From Octopus sinensis (taxonomy: Eukaryota): a stretch of 64,000 nucleotides of DNA. The notes under the pieces were generated by a model. It made no database searches. It saw nothing but the letters and a program-made list of their open reading frames with translations, and was not told the DNA's origin. This document shows, one piece after another, positions 53,163 to 64,000 of this stretch. The stretch lies in contig NC_043001.1 in the NCBI RefSeq assembly GCF_006345805.1, forward strand, positions 5,828,001-5,892,000, read 5' to 3'. A program made the position numbers and the translations under genes. How positions within the stretch are numbered: position 1 is the first letter of the stretch; the number at the start of each line of letters is the position of its first letter.

Positions 53163-53594
53163 TGTGTGTGTGTGTGTCTGTCTGTCTGTCTGTCTGTCTG
53201 TCCTGGGTATGATATTATACCACAACTTCAACCGAATCAATGTCAGTGGGTCTCTTGATTCAGAATTTGAAAGTCTTGACGTTTGTGGAATCACTCTTTG
53301 AGAACTATTGTGCTCGGGGCTAATCTGATCCGGGCTTTTAGCAGCTGTCAAGGTTCCTGCTAAGAAACATCTAGAACATGACCGCTGAGAGTAAGAGGCC
53401 CCTGGTCTCTATTAAGTCGCACATCTAAACGAAGTCTCACTAACCTATAAAGCTATAGCTCTATTGAGTCGGACATCTTGTACTTTGCTTGTCTCTGTGT
53501 TCTCTGGTTATGCTACTGAGATTCATCGTGATGTTTTGCAAGCCGCTCATAACTTCAAAATATTGGCCTGCAGAACGCGTTGCGGAGACTGCTA

Positions 53595-53830
53595 GGAAGA
53601 CGTTTGACCTTAACCAGTTCAGCATGACTCTTAGAGACTGACGATATGTTCATCTATGATCGCAAGCAGAGGTAGAACCTTAGCTATTGGTTGAGAAGGA
53701 TTTGTTGGGTTATCTGCCAAATTAGAAACATGGCTGTTTCAGTCGTCATCCTTAAACAAACATTATTTAGGGAGCCTTTCAATGGGGTTGACATCTTCAC
53801 CGGAAGAAAATTGTAACTGGACCCCACGTG
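53595..53830 (+). repeat. Interspersed repeat family C, copy 2
   Basis: Colinear with 34950-35190. Confidence 0.55.
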
Positions 53831-54089
53831 ATACATCATGTGGTGTTGCACTTGATGTAAGGTCTCAATGTTGGGAACATAGTTATGAATCATATGTCTG
53901 GGGTGCCCTTATCAGACGGGTAGCCATGATGGTTATGCTGGGCTGTGTACATATGTAATCCAGTCTCATTTTGCTGCCATGCGCAGCACTTTTACTGAAG
54001 AAGGAGAGGAAGAAAATGAAGAAGGGGATCAACAACAACATCCACAATTGCAACAACAACATCAATAACAATAACAGCAACAATAATAA

Positions 54090-54304
54090 ATAAATGCGCC
54101 CTTTTAAAGCCTAGCCATGCTCATGGGCCCGGTTTCCCGGTTTCAATGGCAGATGTATTCCCCAGCTGGACGGAAAGCCAGTCCATCGCAGCGTTACTCA
54201 TTTTAGCTAGCTGAGTGAATTGAAGGAACGTGAAAAGAAGTGTTTTGCTCAAGAACACAACGCGTCGCCCGGTCCAGGAATCGAAACCACAATCTTGCGA
54301 TCAT
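54090..54304 (-). mobile_element. 5'-truncated SINE family E (CORE-like plus V-domain-like)
   Basis: Reverse complement: B box gtttcgattcc, ttgtgttcttgagcaaaacactt (as in family D), then ctgcgatggactggc..ccgtccag, which resembles the V-SINE domain. Confidence 0.75.
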
Positions 54305-54336
54305 AATGCTAATAATAATAATAATAATAATAATAA

Positions 54337-54367
<31 letters not shown>

Positions 54368-54408
54368 AAGAGAAGAAGAAGAAGAAGAAGAAGAAGAAGA
54401 AGAAGATG

Positions 54409-55249
54409 AAGAAACAACAAAAGCTATAAAACAAATGAAATCCAAACTAAAAATAGAACAGCAACGAACCATGATAAAACGATGGCAAGAAAAGCCCCTT
54501 CATGGTAAATACTGGACTAAACAAAACGCAAAAGAAATAGACAAAGAAAAATCCAGCAATGGTTGAGAAGCTCAGGACTCAAAGCAGAAACAGAGGGATT
54601 TTTAATTGCAGCACAAGACCAAAGCCTCCCCACCAGAAATTACCAAAAACATGTAATGAAAAGAAATATTACAAGTAACTGCAGAATATGTGGAGATGGA
54701 CAAGAAACAATAAATCATATTATCTCTAGCTGCCCAGTCCTGGCTAAGAAGGAATATATTCACAGACATGACAGAGTTGGAACCTACATACATTGGAAGC
54801 TATGCCAACATTATGGAATAACAACAGAAAAAAGATGGTATAGACACACACCAGAAAAGGTCACAGAAAACGAGAAAGCAACCACACTCTGGGATATGCC
54901 GATACACACAGATAGAGAAATTAAGGCCAACAGACCAGATATAGTTGTCAGAGATCATGAAGAAAAAAAATGCTTTCTAATTGATGTATCAATACCGGCA
55001 GATGACAACGTGTCTCTAAAAGAAATGGAGAAACTCTCAAAATACAAAGACCTGGAAATAGAGGTAACTAGAATGTGGAATCTGAAAACAGAAACAATTC
55101 CTATCATAGTAGGTGCATTAGGCATGATAAAAAAATATTCAGACAAATACATAACAAAAACACCAGGACTTACAAACACATATAACATACAGAAAATTGC
55201 ACTACTAGGCACTGCACACATCCTACGCAGAACACTTTCCATACAATAA
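54409..55249 (+). pseudogene. C-terminal part of RLE non-LTR polyprotein (zinc finger plus restriction-like endonuclease)
   Basis: ORFs 54240..54566 and 54563..55249 are joined by one frameshift near 54552 (KS-QQWLRSSGL if one C is restored). Confidence 0.9.
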
Positions 55250-55348
55250 CCATCAGAGCCTCACAACAAATCACAGCACATACCCAAGGCACAGAGAGCT
55301 GCGCTCGGTAGTGAAGTGAAAGCACGCTATAAAAATAAAAATACTGAA
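54409..55348 (+). mobile_element. Young R4/Dong-clade LINE, 5'-truncated, in (TAA)n
   Basis: WQEKPLHGKY, EGFLIAAQDQSLPTRNY, CCHC finger CRICGDGQETINHIISSC, RHD, RLE NRPDIVV..LIDVSIP..EKLSKYKDL; ~100-bp 3' UTR then (TAA)n; (TAA)n(GAA)n upstream. Confidence 0.94.
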
Positions 55349-55353
55349 TAATG

Positions 55354-55417
<64 letters not shown>

Positions 55418-55513
55418 TAATAATAATAAGAAGAAGAAAAACAACAACAACAACAAGAAGAAGAAGAACAACAACAACAACAATAATAATGCCTCTGTGT
55501 GTGTGTGTGTAGA

Positions 55514-55545
<32 letters not shown>
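55349..55545. repeat. (TAA)n/(GAA)n/(CAA)n/(GT)n/(GA)n compound microsatellite
   Basis: Directly visible. Confidence 0.95.
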
Positions 55546-55546
<1 letters not shown>

Positions 55547-56846
55547 ATATGTATATAATTGCGTGTTTGTTTATTATGAAAATCCTATGCGTCATCGTGT
55601 TTTTTTTTCTTCGACTCCATTGGTTGCTGTTAGGACTTTATAATATATATGAATATTTAAAGATGGCAGAAAATTTATATCGGAAGAAAATGTATCAGTA
55701 CTTTAGATCAGAGAGTATCATCTACCTGGGGATGTGTATTTTATTTACGCTGTCATGTATAACTGTTATAACATAAACATATGTATGTGTGTCTGTCTGT
55801 GTGTGTGTGTGTATGTGTGTGTGAGTGTGCGTGTTTGCGTATCTGTGCTTTTGCGCATGTGTGTATGTGTGTAGTCTTTTAAATGTCAGACCTGATATTA
55901 TACATTCCTGAACACTGTCTCTTGGCTATAAAGTTGCTAAGACTTTACCATATTTCAATCAATATTCCAGCATATATGTGTGAGACTGCGCCTACATATG
56001 CACACACGAATACACATACAACAACACACATACACACACACACACACATATGTAAACATGCGGCTGTGTGTGTGCGCGGGCGCGCAATGGTATGGATGTT
56101 TTTAACTGATTTTTCAGTGCAGTATATTTTGAATTTATCAATATTTATGATTTTTCTAATTGTACATCTAATACACGCCGACTTCATCCACTTGGTAGCT
56201 AATCTCAAGGAATGAATGCAAATTTCTGTGAAATTATTGATATCTTCAAACACAGCTGCTGTAAAAATTAAATAGATTTAAGGGGGGAAAGCTTTATAGA
56301 TTATCGATATCTTGTGATGCTGTATTTTCTAATTTCATTTTGTGTTAGTTTCGTTTTTGCTTTTCACAAAGAAATATGATTTTTTTAACAAAACAAAACA
56401 AAAATTAAACGAAAAAAAATGATATGATATATATTTTGTTGCAATTTGATACGACTGTTCATTCTATGAGCAGATATCTTATGTTGTTAATATTAAATAT
56501 GGTTAAATAGACAGGTCATGAAAATAGCTGATTAATCGATCCGCGATTTCAGATATGCAAATATATTATTGCACCTTACAGATTTTGAAATAACTTTTCT
56601 TAGAGTGATAAACTGTTTTCGAATCACGGACGTGCTTTCTGTTCGGATCTGATATCATTTTACAAATGGGAGACAGATAAATACTTGCTGAAAATATTAA
56701 ATGTTTGGGTTTGAATTCTTGCAGGTGGTTTTGCAGTGTACTGTTATGGCAGGTGCTTGATTTTTTCTTTCTTTTTTCCCTTTTTTTGGTTAATTCATAC
56801 CTCATCGCCAGATTCCTGAAAATAAGTGAATTTAATTAAAATAAAT

Positions 56847-57090
56847 AGGCGCAGGAGTGGCTATGTGGTAAGTCATTTGCTTACAAACCACATGGTTCCG
56901 GGTTCAATCCCATTGCGTGGCACCTTGGTCCGACCAAAGCCTTGAGAGTAGATTTAGAGGAAACAAAGTAGCCTGTAAGCCGATAGAATATGTACTAGGC
57001 TTACAGAAAATAAATCCTAGCGTCGATTCGTTCGACTAAAGGCGGTCCTCCAGCATGACCGCAGGGAATTGACTCTAACAAATAAAAGAA
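56847..57090 (+). mobile_element. Internally deleted SINE family A
   Basis: Head intact, central microsatellite segment missing, tail ttcgactaaaggcggtcctccagcatg present. Confidence 0.85.
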
Positions 57091-58184
57091 TATAGGAAGA
57101 ATATAGTTAGAAAATAGTCATAACAAGATAGAAAATAAGCCTAAAATATTTTCCCTCCCCTTAAGGATGATATTCACACTCCCTGAAATCTCATAGTAAT
57201 CGCTCTCTCTCTCTCCCCTCTTCTCTTTCTCTACCTTCCTTACTCCGTAAGCAACTGTTGGCAGTGACAACCGTAGTTCCCAGTCAAATTATCACAAGTC
57301 ATGGAAGGCATTATTATCTATCGTATTAATGCAGATGGCTTTGGAATGGTTTAGAATAAATGAAGAAGAAAAATCAAAAACAGAGCAGGGATGAAATAAT
57401 CGTGCAAGGCAATGAATCAGTAAAAGAAGTAGTGAAATAGGATTGTCATGATTCTGATTACATTACCGAGTAATAAGAGATGTACGGTTAGAGTTAAATG
57501 AAATAATAAGCCTCTGATATATTCACTACCGTTTTAAGGAGCAAACGTTTTTTATTGTGTCCAAGGCAGGCGCAAAAGGTGTGGCGTCGTCTTGGTTCAC
57601 TGCTGGTACAATGTGGGTCTCGCTCTGATGTATATTGGGATTTTAATTGACCATGGCCATAAAGAGATTTCTCTCAAAGGGAGAGAGAAAGAGAGTGGGG
57701 TTGCGGAGAGTGATCTATCTACGTACATTACGATTCACTGATTCTTTTTTATAATACTTCAATTTCTCTCAGGAATTATGGATCCGATCAAGTAGTATTT
57801 CTATATTAAACCATTAAGTCCTACTGTCCTACAAGTAGGACACTAAATGAGAACATTAAATAAGCTATATCACATTGTTTCAGCGTCCTATTTATAAGAG
57901 ACCGAGTATTTCCATTTCTACTTGAAGTGAAGGAGTTTTAATAATCTATTTTCAATCTGTAAAACTTTAAAATTAATATTTAGAAATTTAAGTTTATATC
58001 ATCAAAAACTTTACACAATCTCATCCAGGTTGATACAAAAAATAATCTTTGTAAGGTAAGAATGAACAAAAGAAGAAATTCCATGGCAAGTTTTATACAA
58101 GGAAGGAAAATCTACGCAAATGAATTTTTTATGGAATCCTCTAGGACTAAGCATATTTAGCTGAGGCATTGCTCTCCGTATTCT

Positions 58185-58382
58185 TTCTGACACGAGGACG
58201 AAAGTTTTGGCATTGGTAAAAGTTTGATTACATCGATCCCTAAACTGAAGAGGTGCTGATTTTATCGACCCGAGTGGAGAAAATGAAGAATTGGCCTCGA
58301 AGGATTTGCAATGAGTAACTATGAAATATCTCTAAGCATTATTTCCTGGCGTAGCAAAGATTCTGATGGCATCTCTCCGCAT
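58185..58382 (-). mobile_element. Degenerate SINE family B copy
   Basis: gattacatcgatccc..tttatcgacccg..ggcctcgaaggatttg..ctaagcatt..ggcgtagcaaagattctg. Confidence 0.55.
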
Positions 58383-58797
58383 TATATTTTAACTGCTGTA
58401 TAACTACGGCAGAATATTAAACTGAGTTTGTTATAGAGTCAACATTTTGAAAATTCTATATAATGAATAATTTTCAATTACATGTCTGTCTGGTCGATTT
58501 ATAGCTGTGAAAATTAGGTTAGAATTAATTATGCGTGAATTAATAAAGTCTGTGCTATGTGTTCCACTAATCAGACAATAAACAAATAATTTGCTATGAA
58601 AGAACATTAATTACAATGTAAATACGAATTGAATCCCGCTCAATTTTTGTTGTAGAGAAACGAAACGTGAGAGGAATTGGTTGCTGGAATCAGCGACCGA
58701 AGCGTATTTTTGGAAAATCTGAAATCATTTCAATGATAAAGAAATTGTATTTCGTTGGGCAGAGTAATCAGAATAAAACTTTAAAAACAAAATGGTT

Positions 58798-58816
58798 TAG
58801 TAGTAGTAGTAGTAGC

Positions 58817-58875
<59 letters not shown>

Positions 58876-58920
58876 AGTAGTGGTGGTGGTGGTGGTGACA
58901 ATAACAACAGCAGCAGCAGG
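58798..58920. repeat. (TAG)n/(TGG)n/(CAG)n trinucleotide microsatellite
   Basis: Directly visible. Confidence 0.95.
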
Positions 58921-61059
58921 TGCAATATCCACATGATACTTTTAAGCTGATGCAAAGCTTTATTAAATTTAAAAAGTCGCACGTATACAAAACACACACG
59001 CGTACACACACACATACATACACACACACACGTACACACACAAATACACTCAGAAATGCAATGAATGAGGTAAATAGAAAATAGAGTTCGCAAGAATCTT
59101 TATTGATCATGCCGATCGTTTCAATCCATTCAGCATCGATCCCTTACAGGTGGGGTGCATCCTCAGTCTGAAACACAATATATGTTATATATATAAACAC
59201 ATTATAAAAATCATTCACATAAAAGTATGTATATTAACGTATATAATTACTACAGTTTACACATTTCATTTTCCATAGTATGGGTTTAGATTATTCCTCA
59301 TAAAATTCAAAAAGAAACTACACTTTATAGAACCAAGATTAAAAATTGTGTATGTCTTCAATTACAAAATCACATTTTATTCGTGTACTGCATGCATAAC
59401 AGCGAAAGCACTAACAATAATGTGTCTGTTTATTCTCTAACACATTTGAACGGTATTCCAAAGACCCTTTCTGTCAATAAATGGTGTGTTACAAACACAT
59501 TTCGTCTAAATTGGGGAAGTGTTCTCCGATGACGGAAAATAAAAGCAATCGGCGTATTCAGTCTCGAATCAGCTATAGTGCATTAATAATTTATAAATAC
59601 ATTATTTCTTTGATCCTTGCGGTTTTGCGTGCAACCCGTATATTATTATCGGTTTCACAGGCATCAACACACATCAGCAAATAGTTCTTTGCTGATATCT
59701 ATTAGATAAGAGTCTCATTTCATTGATCCGGCGGTAGTTTTCGCAAAGAAGACATAGAATAAGGCCTAAGCACTGTAGTGTCACAATGTTACCCGACATG
59801 AAAGTATCCGGTGAGTTAAGAAAAAAACATACGATATGTCCTCTGATAACGAAAGGCAACATCGATCATCACATCCATCAGTTTGAGGCTATAATACTTC
59901 ATCATGTTGCTTTACGTCCAAAATAGGAATCATTAATTACTCGACGTTACTTAATTAATTCATTAAATAATACTGCTCTCTGATGCTGCTAATAGTTCTA
60001 TATCCAATATGAAAATATAGGCAGATTTATTTCAATCAATCTTACAGATGAATCTTATAAGTTTTAATAAAAATAAGTGATATGTAGAAATATTTTGAAA
60101 ACTGTTTAATGAAATATTAGTGTGAATATGATGTGAGTTCCATTTCATCCCAGCTCAGTTTTACATTTCACCATGGGATGGTTCAGAAAAAGATCATTGA
60201 ACATGTATTGGAATCGATCCAGTCGACTTCTCACTTGCATAAAATATTAGATCATGTACCAAAAGGCGCATGACAAATCATTTATTTTGTTACGTTTACG
60301 TTAGTGAATTTTTATAAACATTAACAAGTATTGCGTTAATCACTCATATTGCTAAATTCGCTTCAAGCCAATTTCATGCATTTTCACTCATGGACCATAA
60401 ATCAATGACCTTATTCGATTCTTCACAATCAATCAATCATTTCATGAGTATAAGAAATATATACATTGATAAACCGCGATAACAACAAAGGCAAAAATAA
60501 TAACTAGTTTAATATTTGAAGTTCATATCAATTGGCCAGTCTGTTATGGGATGAGACAAGAAAAGAGGCTTAATATCTTTGGAGGCTGCATCAAAATATC
60601 AAAGGTGAATTTCTGCTAGTATACAGCGTAAAAGAAAAACATGTAAAGAAGTATTAGCTGACTACAATCACTGACAGCATGAAAATATCAAAAGTCAATA
60701 AACACGATTTGTTAGCCATTTGTCGGACACAAAGGGTACATACCCACACGCTCAAATATTGTGGGGGAAATGTATACAGACATGCATGCACGGCGAAGTT
60801 TTCTCTCCTCTATAAACAGAGAAATACACCACATACATCAATAAGCAAACTTACACAGCTGAATCACGCTGAATTTACAATAAGCAAAGAAAAATAGAGA
60901 ATTCACGAGTTTTCCTCTCGTTTTTTAAAAAAATCTTTTGCTTGTTATATCAGTTTGTGCGTGTCGGTGTGTATGGGTATGCATATAACACACACACATA
61001 CAAAAACACACAAGTGCACACAAACATACATACATAAACACTCACATGCACACACAAAC

Positions 61060-61064
61060 ATATA

Positions 61065-61131
<67 letters not shown>

Positions 61132-61206
61132 AATATAACACTTATATACACAAATATATGTACACTCCAACAAAGAGAGAGGAACGCACACAAGCAAACA
61201 AAAAAT

Positions 61207-61248
<42 letters not shown>

Positions 61249-61636
61249 CATATATATATACATATAAATATACATATATATTTATTTATATATATAAATA
61301 TAAATATATACATATATACTTATATATATATACTTATATATATATATACTTATATATATATGTATATATATACATTATATATATATATATACATTTATAA
61401 GTTTATATATTTAACTATCTATCCTTCTATGTAAATTCATTCATATATAGATATATACGTATAGACGCCGCAAACACTCATATGTATACGCATATATACA
61501 CATGTATATGTGTGTATATGTATTTATATATATATGCCTATTTTCTTACATACGTACATGAAGACACTTGCGCGTCACGTTTGTGTTCATGGTCGTATGT
61601 GTTTGTGCGTAGTGTGTGTGTGTGTGTGTGTGTGTG

Positions 61637-61676
<40 letters not shown>

Positions 61677-62153
61677 GTGTGGTAGTGAATGTGTGTATGC
61701 TTATGTGTCTGCGCGCCAGTGTTTCGTTTTGTATGTTAGGATAAAATGATTTCTCTTTATCGAAGCTAGACTTTGAAGATTTTCTTTCTAATATTTTCAT
61801 GAATTGTAACTCCTTCAAAAGATGAAGAGGCACGTTGTTGTGACAGGAAGAATCTATTTATAAAGTCGTAAATTCATTTCAAATAACATTCTGCGTATTT
61901 GCATATTTTTGAATGTTTATGTATGTATGATTTTTGCCTTGTATATGGGCATATAATTCCCATATATATGCATGTGTGTGTATGCGTGTGAGATAATGTA
62001 TTAGTGTTGATGCCTGCATATATATACATACACAAATATATACATATATATACATCTATATACATACATATACGTGTATATACATATGTATACATCTATA
62101 TACATAATGTAGATATATATGTATATATACATATATATATGTATACATATACG

Positions 62154-62184
<31 letters not shown>

Positions 62185-62287
62185 ATCCAGCATGTAGGTA
62201 CGTATGGATGTATACGCAATGCTACCTTTAAAGTTTGTGTATTCGTAGGTGTTCCATTGAATGGGTGTATATAGAGAATATGATACT

Positions 62288-62337
<50 letters not shown>

Positions 62338-62672
62338 AAAACAAATACATGAATGTGTGTTTAGTGTTTTTAATATTTTTATTTTACTCATTTATTTGAT
62401 TAAGAAGAGAAGTTAGAGAAGGAGTTAAATAAAATACATGGGGAGAATAAAAACCCAAATATTGAGCTACAAAATAGGGAAGAGTTACTGAAATGCTTGA
62501 AGAGGAGCGGAAAAAAAAACTGGGAGATGTTTTCTAAGAGGTCGGCATTTGAAGGAAAATGAAGCTATAGAAACTGAATAAATAAAATAACAAATAAAAT
62601 AAGGAGAACAATCGCGAGTATGACAGATGCACCAATAACAATGACTTGCATCAACATCACATGTTGTATATA

Positions 62673-62739
<67 letters not shown>

Positions 62740-62740
62740 T
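61060..62740. repeat. Cluster of (TA)n and (TG)n microsatellites with short spacers
   Basis: Directly visible tracts at about 61060-61390, 61612-61680, 62020-62182, 62290-62335 and 62667-62740. Confidence 0.9.
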
Positions 62741-63414
62741 ACGAATAAACCAAGGCAAAAACAAAATCAAACATTGAGAAAACACACCTCCTTGTTTTAA
62801 ACAGTTCTCTTTCACGTTTCTTCTTTGCTTTATTCATTTCCACACTATAGAGAACAGCCTGTCTTCATTGTTATAATCTTATGCATTGTGAAATATCTCA
62901 CAACACATAGGTTCTGATTTCATTTCTTTTATACAACTTTGCTTTCTCCACATTGAAACGGAGACCGACATTAAAACTGGGTGGGTGAACCTGAAAATGT
63001 TCACACATTCACACCTATTCAAACATTGAAACATTCTAAGCGAAACACAAACAGTACACACCCACACGCAATCGCAACGTAGTTGTACATACTGATGCAA
63101 ATGTATATATGTGTGTTTATGTATATGTGTGTGTGTGAAAGACAAAGACACATATATATAGGTATATATACATATATATGTGTGAGTGTATTAATGTATG
63201 TTAGTATGTATCTGTATATGCATAATTAAGAATTATGCATGGAACATATTTACAAATAGCTAAGATAACATATGAGAGCACAAATGAAATTTTTGTGGAA
63301 AAATAATTTACTGCCCCCACAAATACAACACATACAGACTGTGCATATGGACATATATATATATACCTATAATTATGTTTGTGTATATATTTACAGTTAT
63401 CTCAATAAATCCTA

Positions 63415-63450
<36 letters not shown>

Positions 63451-64000
63451 AGTGTGTGTTTGAGTGTGTAGGTCTGCATGTTCCATCTGTGTACGTGTTT
63501 GTGTATGTATGTGTGTATGCGTGAGTGTGTGCGTATGTGTATTCTTATACATAGATATTCATACATAAACACACACATAAACATGTCCTTGTGCGGCAAA
63601 CTTATATTTACGTGAATGAAAGAACGTCTATTTGTGTTCCTTATCAGTTCACGTCTCTGCTCAAATATATACTTAATTACAGATATTTGAATGTTTGCAT
63701 ATATTCCACAATATAAGCGCATACACACACGGCTTCACTTTCATCTTACGTATTTAGTTATGTGTGTACGAACATATTTACATGTTAGCGTATATCTCTC
63801 TCTATGTATATATCTATGTGGATACATCTTTTTGCGTCTGCATGGTTATGTGTGTTAGTATTCAATTTGATAAACTTGTTTTCTCCACTGCACAACTTTT
63901 AAACAGAAATAATTTGTTCCAACGTTTTTCCAGTTTACGCAATGAATTCCATAACCCTCTCTCGTTATATAATATATAACCTGAACTGCTATTTGTTTGT

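Noticed and set aside
53220-53590. Possible old LINE RT remnants (also near 10430, 35520 and 48130)
   Set aside because: Only faint motif resemblance; cannot be assigned without a profile search.
59661-59810. Possible 150-nt plus-strand exon (tttcacag ... ccg/gtgagt)
   Set aside because: Stops in all three frames; it could only be a UTR or non-coding exon and is unsupported.

Overview
AT-rich, apparently non-coding eukaryotic DNA. The microsatellite load and the SINE/LINE/Penelope repertoire point to an octopod cephalopod (inference). No host protein-coding gene is supportable; most ORF-track entries are translated microsatellites. Supported content: a full-length decayed mariner with TIRs and TA TSD; an older Tc1/mariner relic; a 5'-truncated Neptune-type Penelope-like element (RT C-terminus plus GIY-YIG); two families of RLE-endonuclease (R4/Dong-like) LINE 3' fragments; an RTE LINE fragment; a gag/ORF1 relic; Helitron- and Helentron-type non-autonomous elements; at least four tRNA-derived SINE families; and a ~990-bp tandem duplication. 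Most interesting: (1) several minimal hammerhead-like ribozyme variants on Penelope-type ends, one fused back-to-back to a tRNA-like head (candidate Penelope-mobilised SINE); (2) a SINE family inserted as 1-5-unit multimers; (3) an RTE insertion with twin-priming geometry and a TSD; (4) a 98-bp perfect fold-back palindrome; (5) apparent partitioning of microsatellite targets among retroelement families. Boundaries of degenerate elements are approximate, and family names come from motif recognition, not database searches.
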